A stretch of DNA of 64,000 bases, taken from positions 320,001-384,000 of the forward strand of contig CBDCZH010000015.1 in assembly GCA_965224485.1 (NCBI GenBank), in the 5' to 3' direction. The notes under the pieces were generated by a model that did not search any database, was not told where the DNA came from, and worked only from the letters and a program-made list of their open reading frames with translations. The stretch's first letter is position 1, and every line of letters begins with the position of its first letter. Shown here one piece after another: positions 41,965 to 51,174 of the stretch. The translations under genes and the position numbers were made by a program. The stretch is from Arcobacteraceae bacterium. GTDB lineage: Bacteria; Campylobacterota; Campylobacteria; Campylobacterales; Arcobacteraceae.

Positions 41965-43962
41965 TTAAAATCTATATGCTAATTTAATACCAAACTCTCT
42001 TTTTTCTTTAAAAATAGTGGCATTCCCTCTAAAATATGCACCTTTTGCATCATATGTTTTATTAAACACATTATTTGTATACAAATAAATATCATAATCA
42101 TTACTTTCATAACCAATTTTTGTATTAACTAAACTATAGGCTTTTTGATAATTTGTATTTGCTTTATTGAAATATGTTTTTCCATATCCATTTAAATCAA
42201 CTCTTGCAAAATAACCTTTTGCACTTCGATACTGTCCTCCTATATTAAAATTATATTTAGGTGAATAAGGATTTGTGTTATTCTTATAATCTCCAGTATT
42301 ATCCCTAAATTCATCAAAACTAGTATCATTTAACCCTGCACTTGCAAAAATTGTAATTTCACTATTTACTAAGGCTTCAAACTCAAGTTCTAAACCTTTT
42401 GAGCTAGCACTTGCTGCATTTACCATATAAAGAATACCAGGGATTAAACTCTCTTCTACTTGCATATCTTTTATTTTCATATAATAAGTACTTAGATTAA
42501 ATTTAATTCTGTTATCAAGAAACATTCCTTTATATCCTAACTCATAAGAAACAAGAGATTCATCATCATAAGATTTTTTATCATTAGAAGCATAAGGGTT
42601 AAAACCACCTGCTCTATAACCTTTTGATACAGTAGCATAAGCTAAACTACTGTCATCTATCGTATATTGCAAGGATAATTTAGGAGATATATTATTCCAA
42701 GATTTCTCTAAATTAATATTTGAAGCAGATACTTCCATTTTTTTATTTTCTCTATCAAATCTAATACCAGTATTTAAGCTCCATTTCTCACTTATAGGAT
42801 AGGTGATATTTGTAAAAACACCTATACTACTTGAAGAAAGATTTTGAGGTTTAGAATTTCTTCCACTTAAATCAAAAGCAGTAATAGCTTTAATATAAAT
42901 ATCATTATCTTCTTTATCAATATAAACTCCTGATACAAGTTTGAGTTCTGATATTTTTGTTTCATATCTTAGTTCTTGGGATAAGGTATTAAAATCAAAA
43001 TCTTTATATAAATGTCTTTTTGTGAAAGCTGTAAAATCTGTATCTATTACAGCTTTATCCTTATGTTGTCTTTTTGTACTAATTGATTTTATTTTTGTAT
43101 CTTTATTTAAACTATAATCAATACTAAGAGAGAAACTATCTATACTAGGAGTTGAGCTTCCTTCTAAATTTGATGTAACTTCAGGCACACCGGCTTTAGA
43201 ACTAGCCCAATCATGAGCTCCATTATTACCTTTACTTCTTGAAGCTATTAAAGAAATATCAAGGTCATCATTTGGCGTATATCTTAAGTTTATTTTCCCA
43301 GAATTATTTTCTTTTTCATTTATATATTTATTTGTTACAGTATTTTTAATAAAACCATCTTTTTCCTTATGATTAAAAGCAAGTCCCATATAAAATCTGT
43401 CTTCTTTTATTGCACCTGATATATTTCCTGAAAGTTCTCTTTTCCCATTATTTCCAATATCAAGAAATAAACCAGCTCTAGTATCATTATTTGGTTTTTT
43501 TGTAAGTACATTTATAACTCCAACTTCTGAATTCTTTCCATAAAGTGTACCCTGAGGTCCTCTTAAAACTTCAATTCTTTCTATATCCATTAAAGCATCA
43601 GTAAAACCAAAACTATTCATTGTAGGAACTCCATCTATATATAAACTAACAGGAGAAGAGTAAGACAATATTTTGGCACTTATTCCTCTTATAGAAGGAG
43701 AAGTTAAACCTTCTTGCCCTGTATTAAATAATAATAAGTTTGGAGTATATTTTGCTATATCTCCTAAACTTCCTATTGATTTGTCTTCTAGGGCTATATC
43801 ATTAAATACACTTATGCTAAGAGGAACTTTTTGTACATTTTCTTCACTCTTAGAAGCAGTTACGATAAGTGTTTCTAAACTTGTTATATCTTTTGAAAAA
43901 AGATTATTACTCAATATTAAACTTGCCACTATGGAGATAGTTATATGTTTTTTATTTAACAT
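41965..43962 (-). CDS. TonB-dependent receptor 1 (FyuA-like)
   Basis: TonB box LIVTA, IERIEVLRGPQGTLYG plug motif, C-terminal YRF. Confidence 0.93.
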   Translation of the reverse strand: MLNKKHITISIVASLILSNNLFSKDITSLETLIVTASKSEENVQKVPLSISVFNDIALEDKSIGSLGDIAKYTPNLLLFNTGQEGLTSPSIRGISAKILSYSSPVSLYIDGVPTMNSFGFTDALMDIERIEVLRGPQGTLYGKNSEVGVINVLTKKPNNDTRAGLFLDIGNNGKRELSGNISGAIKEDRFYMGLAFNHKEKDGFIKNTVTNKYINEKENNSGKINLRYTPNDDLDISLIASRSKGNNGAHDWASSKAGVPEVTSNLEGSSTPSIDSFSLSIDYSLNKDTKIKSISTKRQHKDKAVIDTDFTAFTKRHLYKDFDFNTLSQELRYETKISELKLVSGVYIDKEDNDIYIKAITAFDLSGRNSKPQNLSSSSIGVFTNITYPISEKWSLNTGIRFDRENKKMEVSASNINLEKSWNNISPKLSLQYTIDDSSLAYATVSKGYRAGGFNPYASNDKKSYDDESLVSYELGYKGMFLDNRIKFNLSTYYMKIKDMQVEESLIPGILYMVNAASASSKGLELEFEALVNSEITIFASAGLNDTSFDEFRDNTGDYKNNTNPYSPKYNFNIGGQYRSAKGYFARVDLNGYGKTYFNKANTNYQKAYSLVNTKIGYESNDYDIYLYTNNVFNKTYDAKGAYFRGNATIFKEKREFGIKLAYRF

Positions 43963-43997
43963 ATTTGTTTTCCTTTAATTAAATTTTTATATTTTGT

Positions 43998-44068
43998 ATT
44001 CTATACTTAAAAATAATGAGATTCAATATCATTAGTATTACTAAAGGTTTAATTTCTATTATAGAAGG
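43998..44068 (-). promoter_or_regulatory. Receptor 1 promoter: -10, Fur-like box, 21-bp-period direct repeat
   Basis: aatgagattcaatatcatt (44014-44032); tattactaaagg (44036) / tattatagaagg (44057). Confidence 0.55.
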
Positions 44069-44074
44069 AAATAT

Positions 44075-45019
44075 ATGTCTAAAATAAGACTAAATGATTT
44101 AAATAAACAAGCTTTTACTAACCATAAAGATGGAATTATAAAAAATACTTTACCTAGTGAAATAGGAAGAGATCTTACTCAAAGTATAAAATTACAAGAT
44201 GATTTTTATTTAATTAAAAGTGACTATACATTTAAAACAGATACACAAATACAATCAGAACAAAAGGAAGAGAAGCTAATAATCACACTTTCGTTAAAAG
44301 GAAACTCTTCTTATAAAAATTTAGATAATAAAAAAATAAACTTTAAAGAAGGTTATACCACAGTAGCTTTTCTAAAAAAGAGCATGGGATTTAGAGAGTA
44401 TGAAGATAATGAAGTTTCACAAATAAGACTTATATTAAAAGAAGATTTTTTAAAAAGAAATTTTAGTCCTAAACTATTAGAAAAATATTTAAAACATACT
44501 AAAGAAGATTTAAACCTAATAAACTTTTCACCAACCATCATCCAATCACAGCTAATTTTAAATGAGATGTTGTTATATGATAATAAAGAACAAGCAGGTA
44601 ATTTTTATATTCAAAGTAAAACTTTAGAATTATTATATTTAGAAATAAATAAACTAGAAAGAAAAAAACAACTTATAATACTTGATGATTATGATAAAGA
44701 TGCAATATATAAAGCAAAAGAAATTTTAATAAATAATATACAAAACCCACCCTCAATTATAGATTTAGCAAAACTAGTTCATTTAAATGAAGTCAAGTTA
44801 AAAATAGGATTTAAAGAAGTTTTTAATACTAGCCCGTATAAATTATTATTAAAATACAAAATGAATAAGGCAAAAATACTTTTAGAGCAAGGAGATTATA
44901 ATATAAGTGAAATAGCCAAACTTTCTGGTTATAAGTTTGCAACTAATTTCACAAATGCTTTTTTTAAAGAGTTTAAAATAAGACCAAAAGATTTCATGAA
45001 AACTAAAAACTATTATTAA
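44075..45019 (+). CDS. AraC family regulator 1 (PchR/YbtA-like)
   Basis: NPPSIIDLA...LKIGFKEVF...NISEIA...FTNAF; divergent from a receptor. Confidence 0.92.
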   Translation: MSKIRLNDLNKQAFTNHKDGIIKNTLPSEIGRDLTQSIKLQDDFYLIKSDYTFKTDTQIQSEQKEEKLIITLSLKGNSSYKNLDNKKINFKEGYTTVAFLKKSMGFREYEDNEVSQIRLILKEDFLKRNFSPKLLEKYLKHTKEDLNLINFSPTIIQSQLILNEMLLYDNKEQAGNFYIQSKTLELLYLEINKLERKKQLIILDDYDKDAIYKAKEILINNIQNPPSIIDLAKLVHLNEVKLKIGFKEVFNTSPYKLLLKYKMNKAKILLEQGDYNISEIAKLSGYKFATNFTNAFFKEFKIRPKDFMKTKNYY

Positions 45020-45061
45020 ATATAAGCTTTTAATGTAAAATTAAAAGCTTATATATTTAGC

Positions 45062-46975
45062 TTATTCTAAAATAAGAAATATTAAAGCAAATATTCCTGC
45101 AAATAATATAAGAAAAAATCTTAAAATATTACTTTTTAAATCTTTTTTTCTAAAATACAGAAATACAAAGTATAAGAGAGCTAAAACAAATGAAACTTTA
45201 AAAGCTTTCACTGAAGCTATTTTAAAACTATACTCTTCAAAAGTTTTATATCTATTTTCCTCAATAATAAAAGGAAAAATGTATTCATATATAGTTTTAT
45301 ATATAGGATTAACTTGAGGAATAGAAACTTTAAACTCTCCTAAATAATTGTAGTTTTTATCCAAAGCAAGAGCATAAACATTTTTCTCATCTCTATATCG
45401 TATAGTTTTATTTAATGAATTTGCATAAATCTCAAGAATCATAGATTCTGGTTTATAATGTTTTAATGGCAACTTCACTAATTTATAATCATCATAAGTA
45501 ATTAAATATACTTCGTTTTTTTGTGATAAGAGTGTTCCATAAAACTCTTTTTTTCTACTTTCTGATATCTTAATGTATTTTATTTTTATATCACTATTAT
45601 AATGAATATTTTTTACATATAATTTATCATCATATTTTTTCATATGAAAAAGTTTATCTTCAGAATCAAGTAAAAAATATCCCTCATCTAAGGGTTTAAT
45701 ATTAGTAGTTTTTCCTGCAATTATTTTAGCTGGAAAAACAAAACCTTTTTCTAAAAGTATTTTAGTATACGCACTTTCTAAATCACTATTTTTATTTTCA
45801 TGTTCAGAGTTATATACTTCAAAGCTCTTTTGTAAACTAAACATAATATCAGGGAAAGCTATCATTCCTTTTTTACTACTTGGATTAAATAAAGGGTATA
45901 AAGGTATTTGTTTTGAATTCTCATATAAATTTTTAAAGGTTAAGCGAAAACTTTGTCTTCCTTGTTTAATCTGTTTTTTACTATATTTTATGCCCTTTAT
46001 AATAAGAGGTAATCTTTTTTGAATATCTAAGTTTCTCCAATAAGTAAAAGGCAAGGCTTCTTCAAACTCTTTTCGATTAAAAGTATTTCCCAAACTATCT
46101 CCGAAGATAAAATTATGTCCTCCATAATGTTGTTTATAAATAAACTTATCTTGACTTGGGGAGAAAAAGACATAAGAAGCTAAAGAATTATCTTTTGTAA
46201 AACTTGTATATATTTTAGGAAAGTAAAAACCAAGACTTAATATAAAACAAAATAATAAACTAAGATAAGCAAGTTTTGGTATTATTGTCTTTTCTTTGAG
46301 TAAAGAATAGTTTCCATTTTTAAAGCGATAAAGTGATAATAAGGGAATTAGTAAACTAAGAGCTGCTACAAAAAGTAAAATTAAGAAAACATCTTCATAT
46401 GCACTATAATTATTATTTAGGTAAAAAATAAAACTTAACATTAAAAAAACTAAAATTAAAAGACTTTTTCTCTTCCAATAAGGTTCAATCATAACAGCAC
46501 TTGTTCCAATATATAAAACAAAAGAAGCTAAAACCCAAGGTAATGAGGTAATAATAGCATTTAGCGCAACAAGTGAAGGAAAAAAGTTTAAAGAAATAAG
46601 ATATAAAGCTAGTAAAAATCCTAAATTTAATGCCAATAAAAGTAAAAAACCAACTAAAAGATATAAAAGCACCATACGGTTTTGATTTATTGGTAAATGA
46701 AGTGGAATTCTAAATTTCTTTTTATGAATTTCAGGCAAAAACTGAGCTAAGGATAAAACAACAGCAGCAAGAGCAGGAAAAAACTTTAAATCTTCATAAT
46801 ATAAATTCCCTATATGAATAACTTCATACCATACCATACTATGAGGCTCAATTTCAGAAAACCTTTTTATTAAATCCATATATAAATACAGTAAAGCAAA
46901 AGTAAATAATACAAGTAAAGCTAAGTATATATATTTTATTTTTAAATATTCTTTTTTTAAAATTGCTGTAAACAT
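45062..46975 (-). CDS. Polytopic membrane protein with large periplasmic domain (DUF4857-like)
   Basis: KKEYLKIK start, AQFLPE...RIPLHLP, about 7 TM then a soluble domain; coupled to the ABC ATPase. Confidence 0.65.
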   Translation of the reverse strand: MFTAILKKEYLKIKYIYLALLVLFTFALLYLYMDLIKRFSEIEPHSMVWYEVIHIGNLYYEDLKFFPALAAVVLSLAQFLPEIHKKKFRIPLHLPINQNRMVLLYLLVGFLLLLALNLGFLLALYLISLNFFPSLVALNAIITSLPWVLASFVLYIGTSAVMIEPYWKRKSLLILVFLMLSFIFYLNNNYSAYEDVFLILLFVAALSLLIPLLSLYRFKNGNYSLLKEKTIIPKLAYLSLLFCFILSLGFYFPKIYTSFTKDNSLASYVFFSPSQDKFIYKQHYGGHNFIFGDSLGNTFNRKEFEEALPFTYWRNLDIQKRLPLIIKGIKYSKKQIKQGRQSFRLTFKNLYENSKQIPLYPLFNPSSKKGMIAFPDIMFSLQKSFEVYNSEHENKNSDLESAYTKILLEKGFVFPAKIIAGKTTNIKPLDEGYFLLDSEDKLFHMKKYDDKLYVKNIHYNSDIKIKYIKISESRKKEFYGTLLSQKNEVYLITYDDYKLVKLPLKHYKPESMILEIYANSLNKTIRYRDEKNVYALALDKNYNYLGEFKVSIPQVNPIYKTIYEYIFPFIIEENRYKTFEEYSFKIASVKAFKVSFVLALLYFVFLYFRKKDLKSNILRFFLILFAGIFALIFLILE

Positions 46976-47898
46976 TAGTATCTCCCCATAAGCCCAATAA
47001 AGGCATCTTCTAAGCTTATACTTTTCTCATTAACATCATTTATCTGTAAGTCCTTAAACATCTTATGATGTAGTTTTAAATTATTAAAAACTTCATCTTT
47101 GTTTTTATAAGAATATATTCTCATATTATTTTTTCTTACTTCTATATTTTTAATTACATCATTTTTAAATATTTTTTCTAAGTCTCTTACTTTTACATTC
47201 AAAGGAAGTGTAATATCAACATTATAAGAGTTAAAATCATTTAATAAACTAGGTAAGTCTGTTTTTATAATCTCACCACCTCTATTTAAAAGAATTATGT
47301 CATCAATTAAATCTTCTAAATCTTGTACAATGTGAGAAGTTACAAAAACAGTTCGCTCACCTTGTTTTACATAATCGTGCAAATAATCTAAAAATAGTCT
47401 TCTATACCCAGCATCTAAACCCATAGAATAATCATCTAACACTAGGAGTTCAGGATTTTGTGCAAAAATAAGTCCTAATACTACTTGTGATCTTTGTCCA
47501 TAAGACATATTAGAAATTTTGTGTGTTTTAGGAAGGGCTAAAAGTTCTATTAAATCATAATAAACATCTCTTTTCCACTCATCATAAAAAGATGAATAAA
47601 ACTTTTCAATCTGCTCAATAGTCATAAACTCAAAAGTTTGATGGCCTTCATGAAGAAGACCAATTTTCTTTCTTGATTGTTTACTTATATTATGAGAAGG
47701 TTCACCAAAAATCAAACATTCTCCTGATTGTGGTTTTAAAAAACCCATAAGAATATTAATCAGTGTTGTTTTTCCAACTCCATTTTTTCCTAATAAGCCA
47801 ACAACTTTTCCTCTGTTAACAGAAAAATTCAAATTTTCATAAATTTTTTTATTTCCGTAATAATGAGTTAAATTTTTAACCTCAACAATTTTTTGCAT
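46975..47898 (-). CDS. ABC transporter ATP-binding protein (exporter type)
   Basis: GKNGVGKTT, variant signature MSYGQ, LVLDDYSMGLD. Confidence 0.9.
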   Translation of the reverse strand: MQKIVEVKNLTHYYGNKKIYENLNFSVNRGKVVGLLGKNGVGKTTLINILMGFLKPQSGECLIFGEPSHNISKQSRKKIGLLHEGHQTFEFMTIEQIEKFYSSFYDEWKRDVYYDLIELLALPKTHKISNMSYGQRSQVVLGLIFAQNPELLVLDDYSMGLDAGYRRLFLDYLHDYVKQGERTVFVTSHIVQDLEDLIDDIILLNRGGEIIKTDLPSLLNDFNSYNVDITLPLNVKVRDLEKIFKNDVIKNIEVRKNNMRIYSYKNKDEVFNNLKLHHKMFKDLQINDVNEKSISLEDAFIGLMGRY

Positions 47899-48052
47899 TT
47901 TCATTCCTAAATATTTTTCTTTTATCATTATTTTTTTTTGAAGAACTACATCCACAAGAATTACAAGTATTATTTTTAAATAAAGATTTATATAAAAATA
48001 CTAAGGAAGTTAAGGAAATAAGAAAAGTGAAGATATATTCATAAGTACTCAT
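47882..48052 (-). CDS. 56-aa FeoB-associated Cys-rich membrane protein
   Basis: Not in ORF track: MSTYEYIFTFLISLTSLVFLYKSLFKNNTCNSCGCSSSKKNNDKRKIFRNENAKNC*; ATGA overlap upstream. Confidence 0.75.
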   Translation of the reverse strand: MSTYEYIFTFLISLTSLVFLYKSLFKNNTCNSCGCSSSKKNNDKRKIFRNENAKNC

Positions 48053-48351
48053 TCAGCGATATCCTCACCTTTTATAGAAACTTTATGTCCCTCCCCTGCA
48101 TCAAAATGTACAGTAAAGTTGACTCTTGGTTTAACAAAGGAGAACTCACTATCTTCATTCATTCGTCCTTCAATAATCTTTTTATTATTTTGTTTAACAT
48201 ACATAACTACTCCACTTGCACTACTACCGTCTGAAAAACCACCTTCACAAACAATAGTTCCATCTCCATTATCAAAACAAGACATAATTGCAGTATGTGC
48301 GAAAATATTACTTGAGATAAGACTTAGAGATATTAATACTTTTTTAAACAT
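48049..48351 (-). CDS. Small periplasmic protein
   Basis: Signal peptide then H-TAIMSC...CEGGFSDGS...FDAGEGH. Confidence 0.75.
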   Translation of the reverse strand: MFKKVLISLSLISSNIFAHTAIMSCFDNGDGTIVCEGGFSDGSSASGVVMYVKQNNKKIIEGRMNEDSEFSFVKPRVNFTVHFDAGEGHKVSIKGEDIAE

Positions 48352-50809
48352 ATTCTTCCTTTTTTTTATTTAATATAGGAATAAATCCTAAAAGAACAGT
48401 AATACTAGCAACAAATATATAGAAAAAATACATAGTTTCTAAACCACTTAAATTAAAGGTATTTCCAACGTTGTATACTAAAACTGATGCTGCTAATCCT
48501 AAAATCATTGGATATATTATTGCAAAAAACATCCATTTATATGAGTTTGTTTGAACCCTAATCATAATCATTGTTGCAATACAAGGAGGAGTTAATGCCA
48601 TAAAAATAATAATTGCAACTGCACTCACTGCTGTATATACAGTAGAATTCTCAAACACATTATTCTTTGTTGTTTTAATATTATTGTTTTCATATAAAGC
48701 TCCAATTGTTGCAACAGAACTCTCCCTTGCTGCAAAAGATGATAAGAAAGCTACATTAATCTTCCAATCAAAACCTGCATATTTTGTAATTGGAACAAAA
48801 AACTTGCCCATCATTCCCAAAGCAGAGTTCTCTATTTTTTCATTTTTCATTTCTCTAAAAAGAGCTTTTCTTTTCCTAATTAACTTTTTAAATATTTTAT
48901 TAACTTTTTTAGCTTCTTTATCTCTTTTAGGTTTTACAATTTTAAAAAATATTGGATTTTTAGAAATATAAATATTGTCTATTTTTTTAGCAGCAACTTT
49001 ACCTTTTGAGTTCATTCTTTTTGCTCTATAAGTATTGTAATAATTTATTAGTAAAGATAACTCTTCTTTTTCATCAAAACTAGAATAATATTTATTAGTC
49101 TTAATATTTTTATAAAAATCAATTTGCATTTGCTGTGCTTTATTATCTAAGAGTATTTTTTTATCTTTAGAAATACCTGGAAATTGAATGAGTACAAATA
49201 AAACGACCGCAACAGCAGCTACAATTGTTACGATTTTCTTAAGATATAGATATATTCTGTCATAAACTTTTACTAATAATCCTCTTAATGTAGGAAGATG
49301 ATAAGAAGGAAGTTCCATAATAAAAGGTGTTGTATCATACGATACAAAAAGACTAAGAGATAGGATTTTCCCTACACTTAAAGCTATTAAAATAGTAACA
49401 GTAGAAATTAAAAACATCATAATTGCCATATCTTCTTTAAAAAATGCAGCAATAATTAGAGTATAGAATGGTATTTTAGCAAGACAATTCATCAAAGGAA
49501 CAGTAAGAATTGTAATCATTTGAGCTTTCTTATCATTCATTCCTTTTGTTGCCATAACTCCAGGAACAGCGCAACCTCCTGCAAAAATTCCTCCTAATAC
49601 CAAAGGAAGAGTTGATTCTCCATGTAAACCAAAACGCGTAAATAATCTATCTAAGATAAAAGCCATTCTAGGCATATAACCAATATCTTCAAGCAAAGCA
49701 ATAAGAAAAAATAAAATTAAAAATATGGGAATATAATTCAATAAAGCGTTAATGCTGTTAATCATCCAAATTGCAAACTGTGTTATATAAGGAATTGAGC
49801 TTATATTTTCAGCAGGAAAGAAAGATATAACAAAAGTTTTGAAAGTTGCTAAAAGGGGCCAAGTATAGCTTGTAAGTTCATATCCATATACTATTGATAG
49901 TTGATAAAGGATATAAATAATTAGAGCTAAAATTGGTAAAGCTAAAAACCTATTTAGAACAATTTTATCTATTTTATTAGTAATAGTATTTGTTTTTCTT
50001 ACTGTATTCTTTGTACAAAGATTTACAAAATAATCTGCTTTTTCATATCTTATTTTTACAATATATTGAGTAATTGAAATATCATAATTCTTATTAAACT
50101 CATTTTTATAAATATCTAAGGCCTCAAAAATTTCTTTAAAATTTAAACACTTTTCTTTAATCAGTTTGCATATTTCTTTATCATTTTCAAAAAGTTTTAC
50201 ACTTAAATAGTGAGTTGATAATTCAAAAGTAGTCTTATTTAATAAGATTTTTATTTTATTTATATACTTTTGTAAAAATTTATAATCTATAACTTCTGAA
50301 ATATATTTTTCTTTATTATTATTTACTTCTAAAATTCCTTCTTTTACTTCTAATAAACCCTCTTTTTTTGAAGCTACTGTTTCTACAATTTTTGCATTTG
50401 TTACTCTTTTTAATTTTGTAAAATCAAATTCACAAAAATTTTGTTTAGCAACATCAATCATATTAAAAGCAATAATCATTGGTTTTTGCATATCAAAAAG
50501 TTGCATACTTAAGTATAAATTTCTTCTTAATGTTGATGAATCAATAATATTTAAAATAATATCTGTTTGTTTATTTAAAATATAATCTCTTGTTATTTTT
50601 TCTTCAATTGAATATGATGAAAAAGAATAGGTACCTGGTAAGTCAATAAGATCAATTTTTTTATTTAAAAACTCAAAAGAACCACTTTTTTTATCAAGTG
50701 TGACACCTGGATAATTTGCTATATGTTGTTTCATATTTGTAAGCATATTAAATATTGTAGATTTACCACAATTTGGCTGCCCTACTAAAACAACTTGAAC
50801 TTTATTCAT
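48344..50809 (-). CDS. feoB: Ferrous iron transporter B
   Basis: GQPNCGKST, NYPGVT, DLPGTYS, GYMPRMA, FIMELP, PPCIA. Confidence 0.95.
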   Translation of the reverse strand: MNKVQVVLVGQPNCGKSTIFNMLTNMKQHIANYPGVTLDKKSGSFEFLNKKIDLIDLPGTYSFSSYSIEEKITRDYILNKQTDIILNIIDSSTLRRNLYLSMQLFDMQKPMIIAFNMIDVAKQNFCEFDFTKLKRVTNAKIVETVASKKEGLLEVKEGILEVNNNKEKYISEVIDYKFLQKYINKIKILLNKTTFELSTHYLSVKLFENDKEICKLIKEKCLNFKEIFEALDIYKNEFNKNYDISITQYIVKIRYEKADYFVNLCTKNTVRKTNTITNKIDKIVLNRFLALPILALIIYILYQLSIVYGYELTSYTWPLLATFKTFVISFFPAENISSIPYITQFAIWMINSINALLNYIPIFLILFFLIALLEDIGYMPRMAFILDRLFTRFGLHGESTLPLVLGGIFAGGCAVPGVMATKGMNDKKAQMITILTVPLMNCLAKIPFYTLIIAAFFKEDMAIMMFLISTVTILIALSVGKILSLSLFVSYDTTPFIMELPSYHLPTLRGLLVKVYDRIYLYLKKIVTIVAAVAVVLFVLIQFPGISKDKKILLDNKAQQMQIDFYKNIKTNKYYSSFDEKEELSLLINYYNTYRAKRMNSKGKVAAKKIDNIYISKNPIFFKIVKPKRDKEAKKVNKIFKKLIRKRKALFREMKNEKIENSALGMMGKFFVPITKYAGFDWKINVAFLSSFAARESSVATIGALYENNNIKTTKNNVFENSTVYTAVSAVAIIIFMALTPPCIATMIMIRVQTNSYKWMFFAIIYPMILGLAASVLVYNVGNTFNLSGLETMYFFYIFVASITVLLGFIPILNKKKEEYV

Positions 50810-51026
50810 ATTTCACTCGTATACTTTGTGCTTCTTTTACTCGTAAACTTATATTGTATGACAATATTTCAACTTCTATTGGGTCATTTAAAGGGGATTT
50901 TCTAATCAATTTTATTTTACTGCCTTTAATAAATCCCATATCATAGAATTTTTGAAGTAACATTCCACTTGCATTAATTTCAATAATTTCAGCACTAAGA
51001 TTGATTTTCAATTCATCTACTGTCAA
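50802..51026 (-). CDS. feoA: FeoA family protein
   Basis: DMGFIKG...SPLNDPIEV...SLRVKEA. Confidence 0.92.
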   Translation of the reverse strand: MTVDELKINLSAEIIEINASGMLLQKFYDMGFIKGSKIKLIRKSPLNDPIEVEILSYNISLRVKEAQSIRVKYE

Positions 51027-51174
51027 GATATACCTTTATTATTATTTAAATAGATTTTATCTTAAGTTATAAGAAGTATCAATATCATTTTAATTAAGAA
51101 AGTATTTTTTTTTATTTAGAAAGTATTTTTTAAAGAAGAATAACTAGAAAGTACTACTACTTTCTAGTTTCTTA

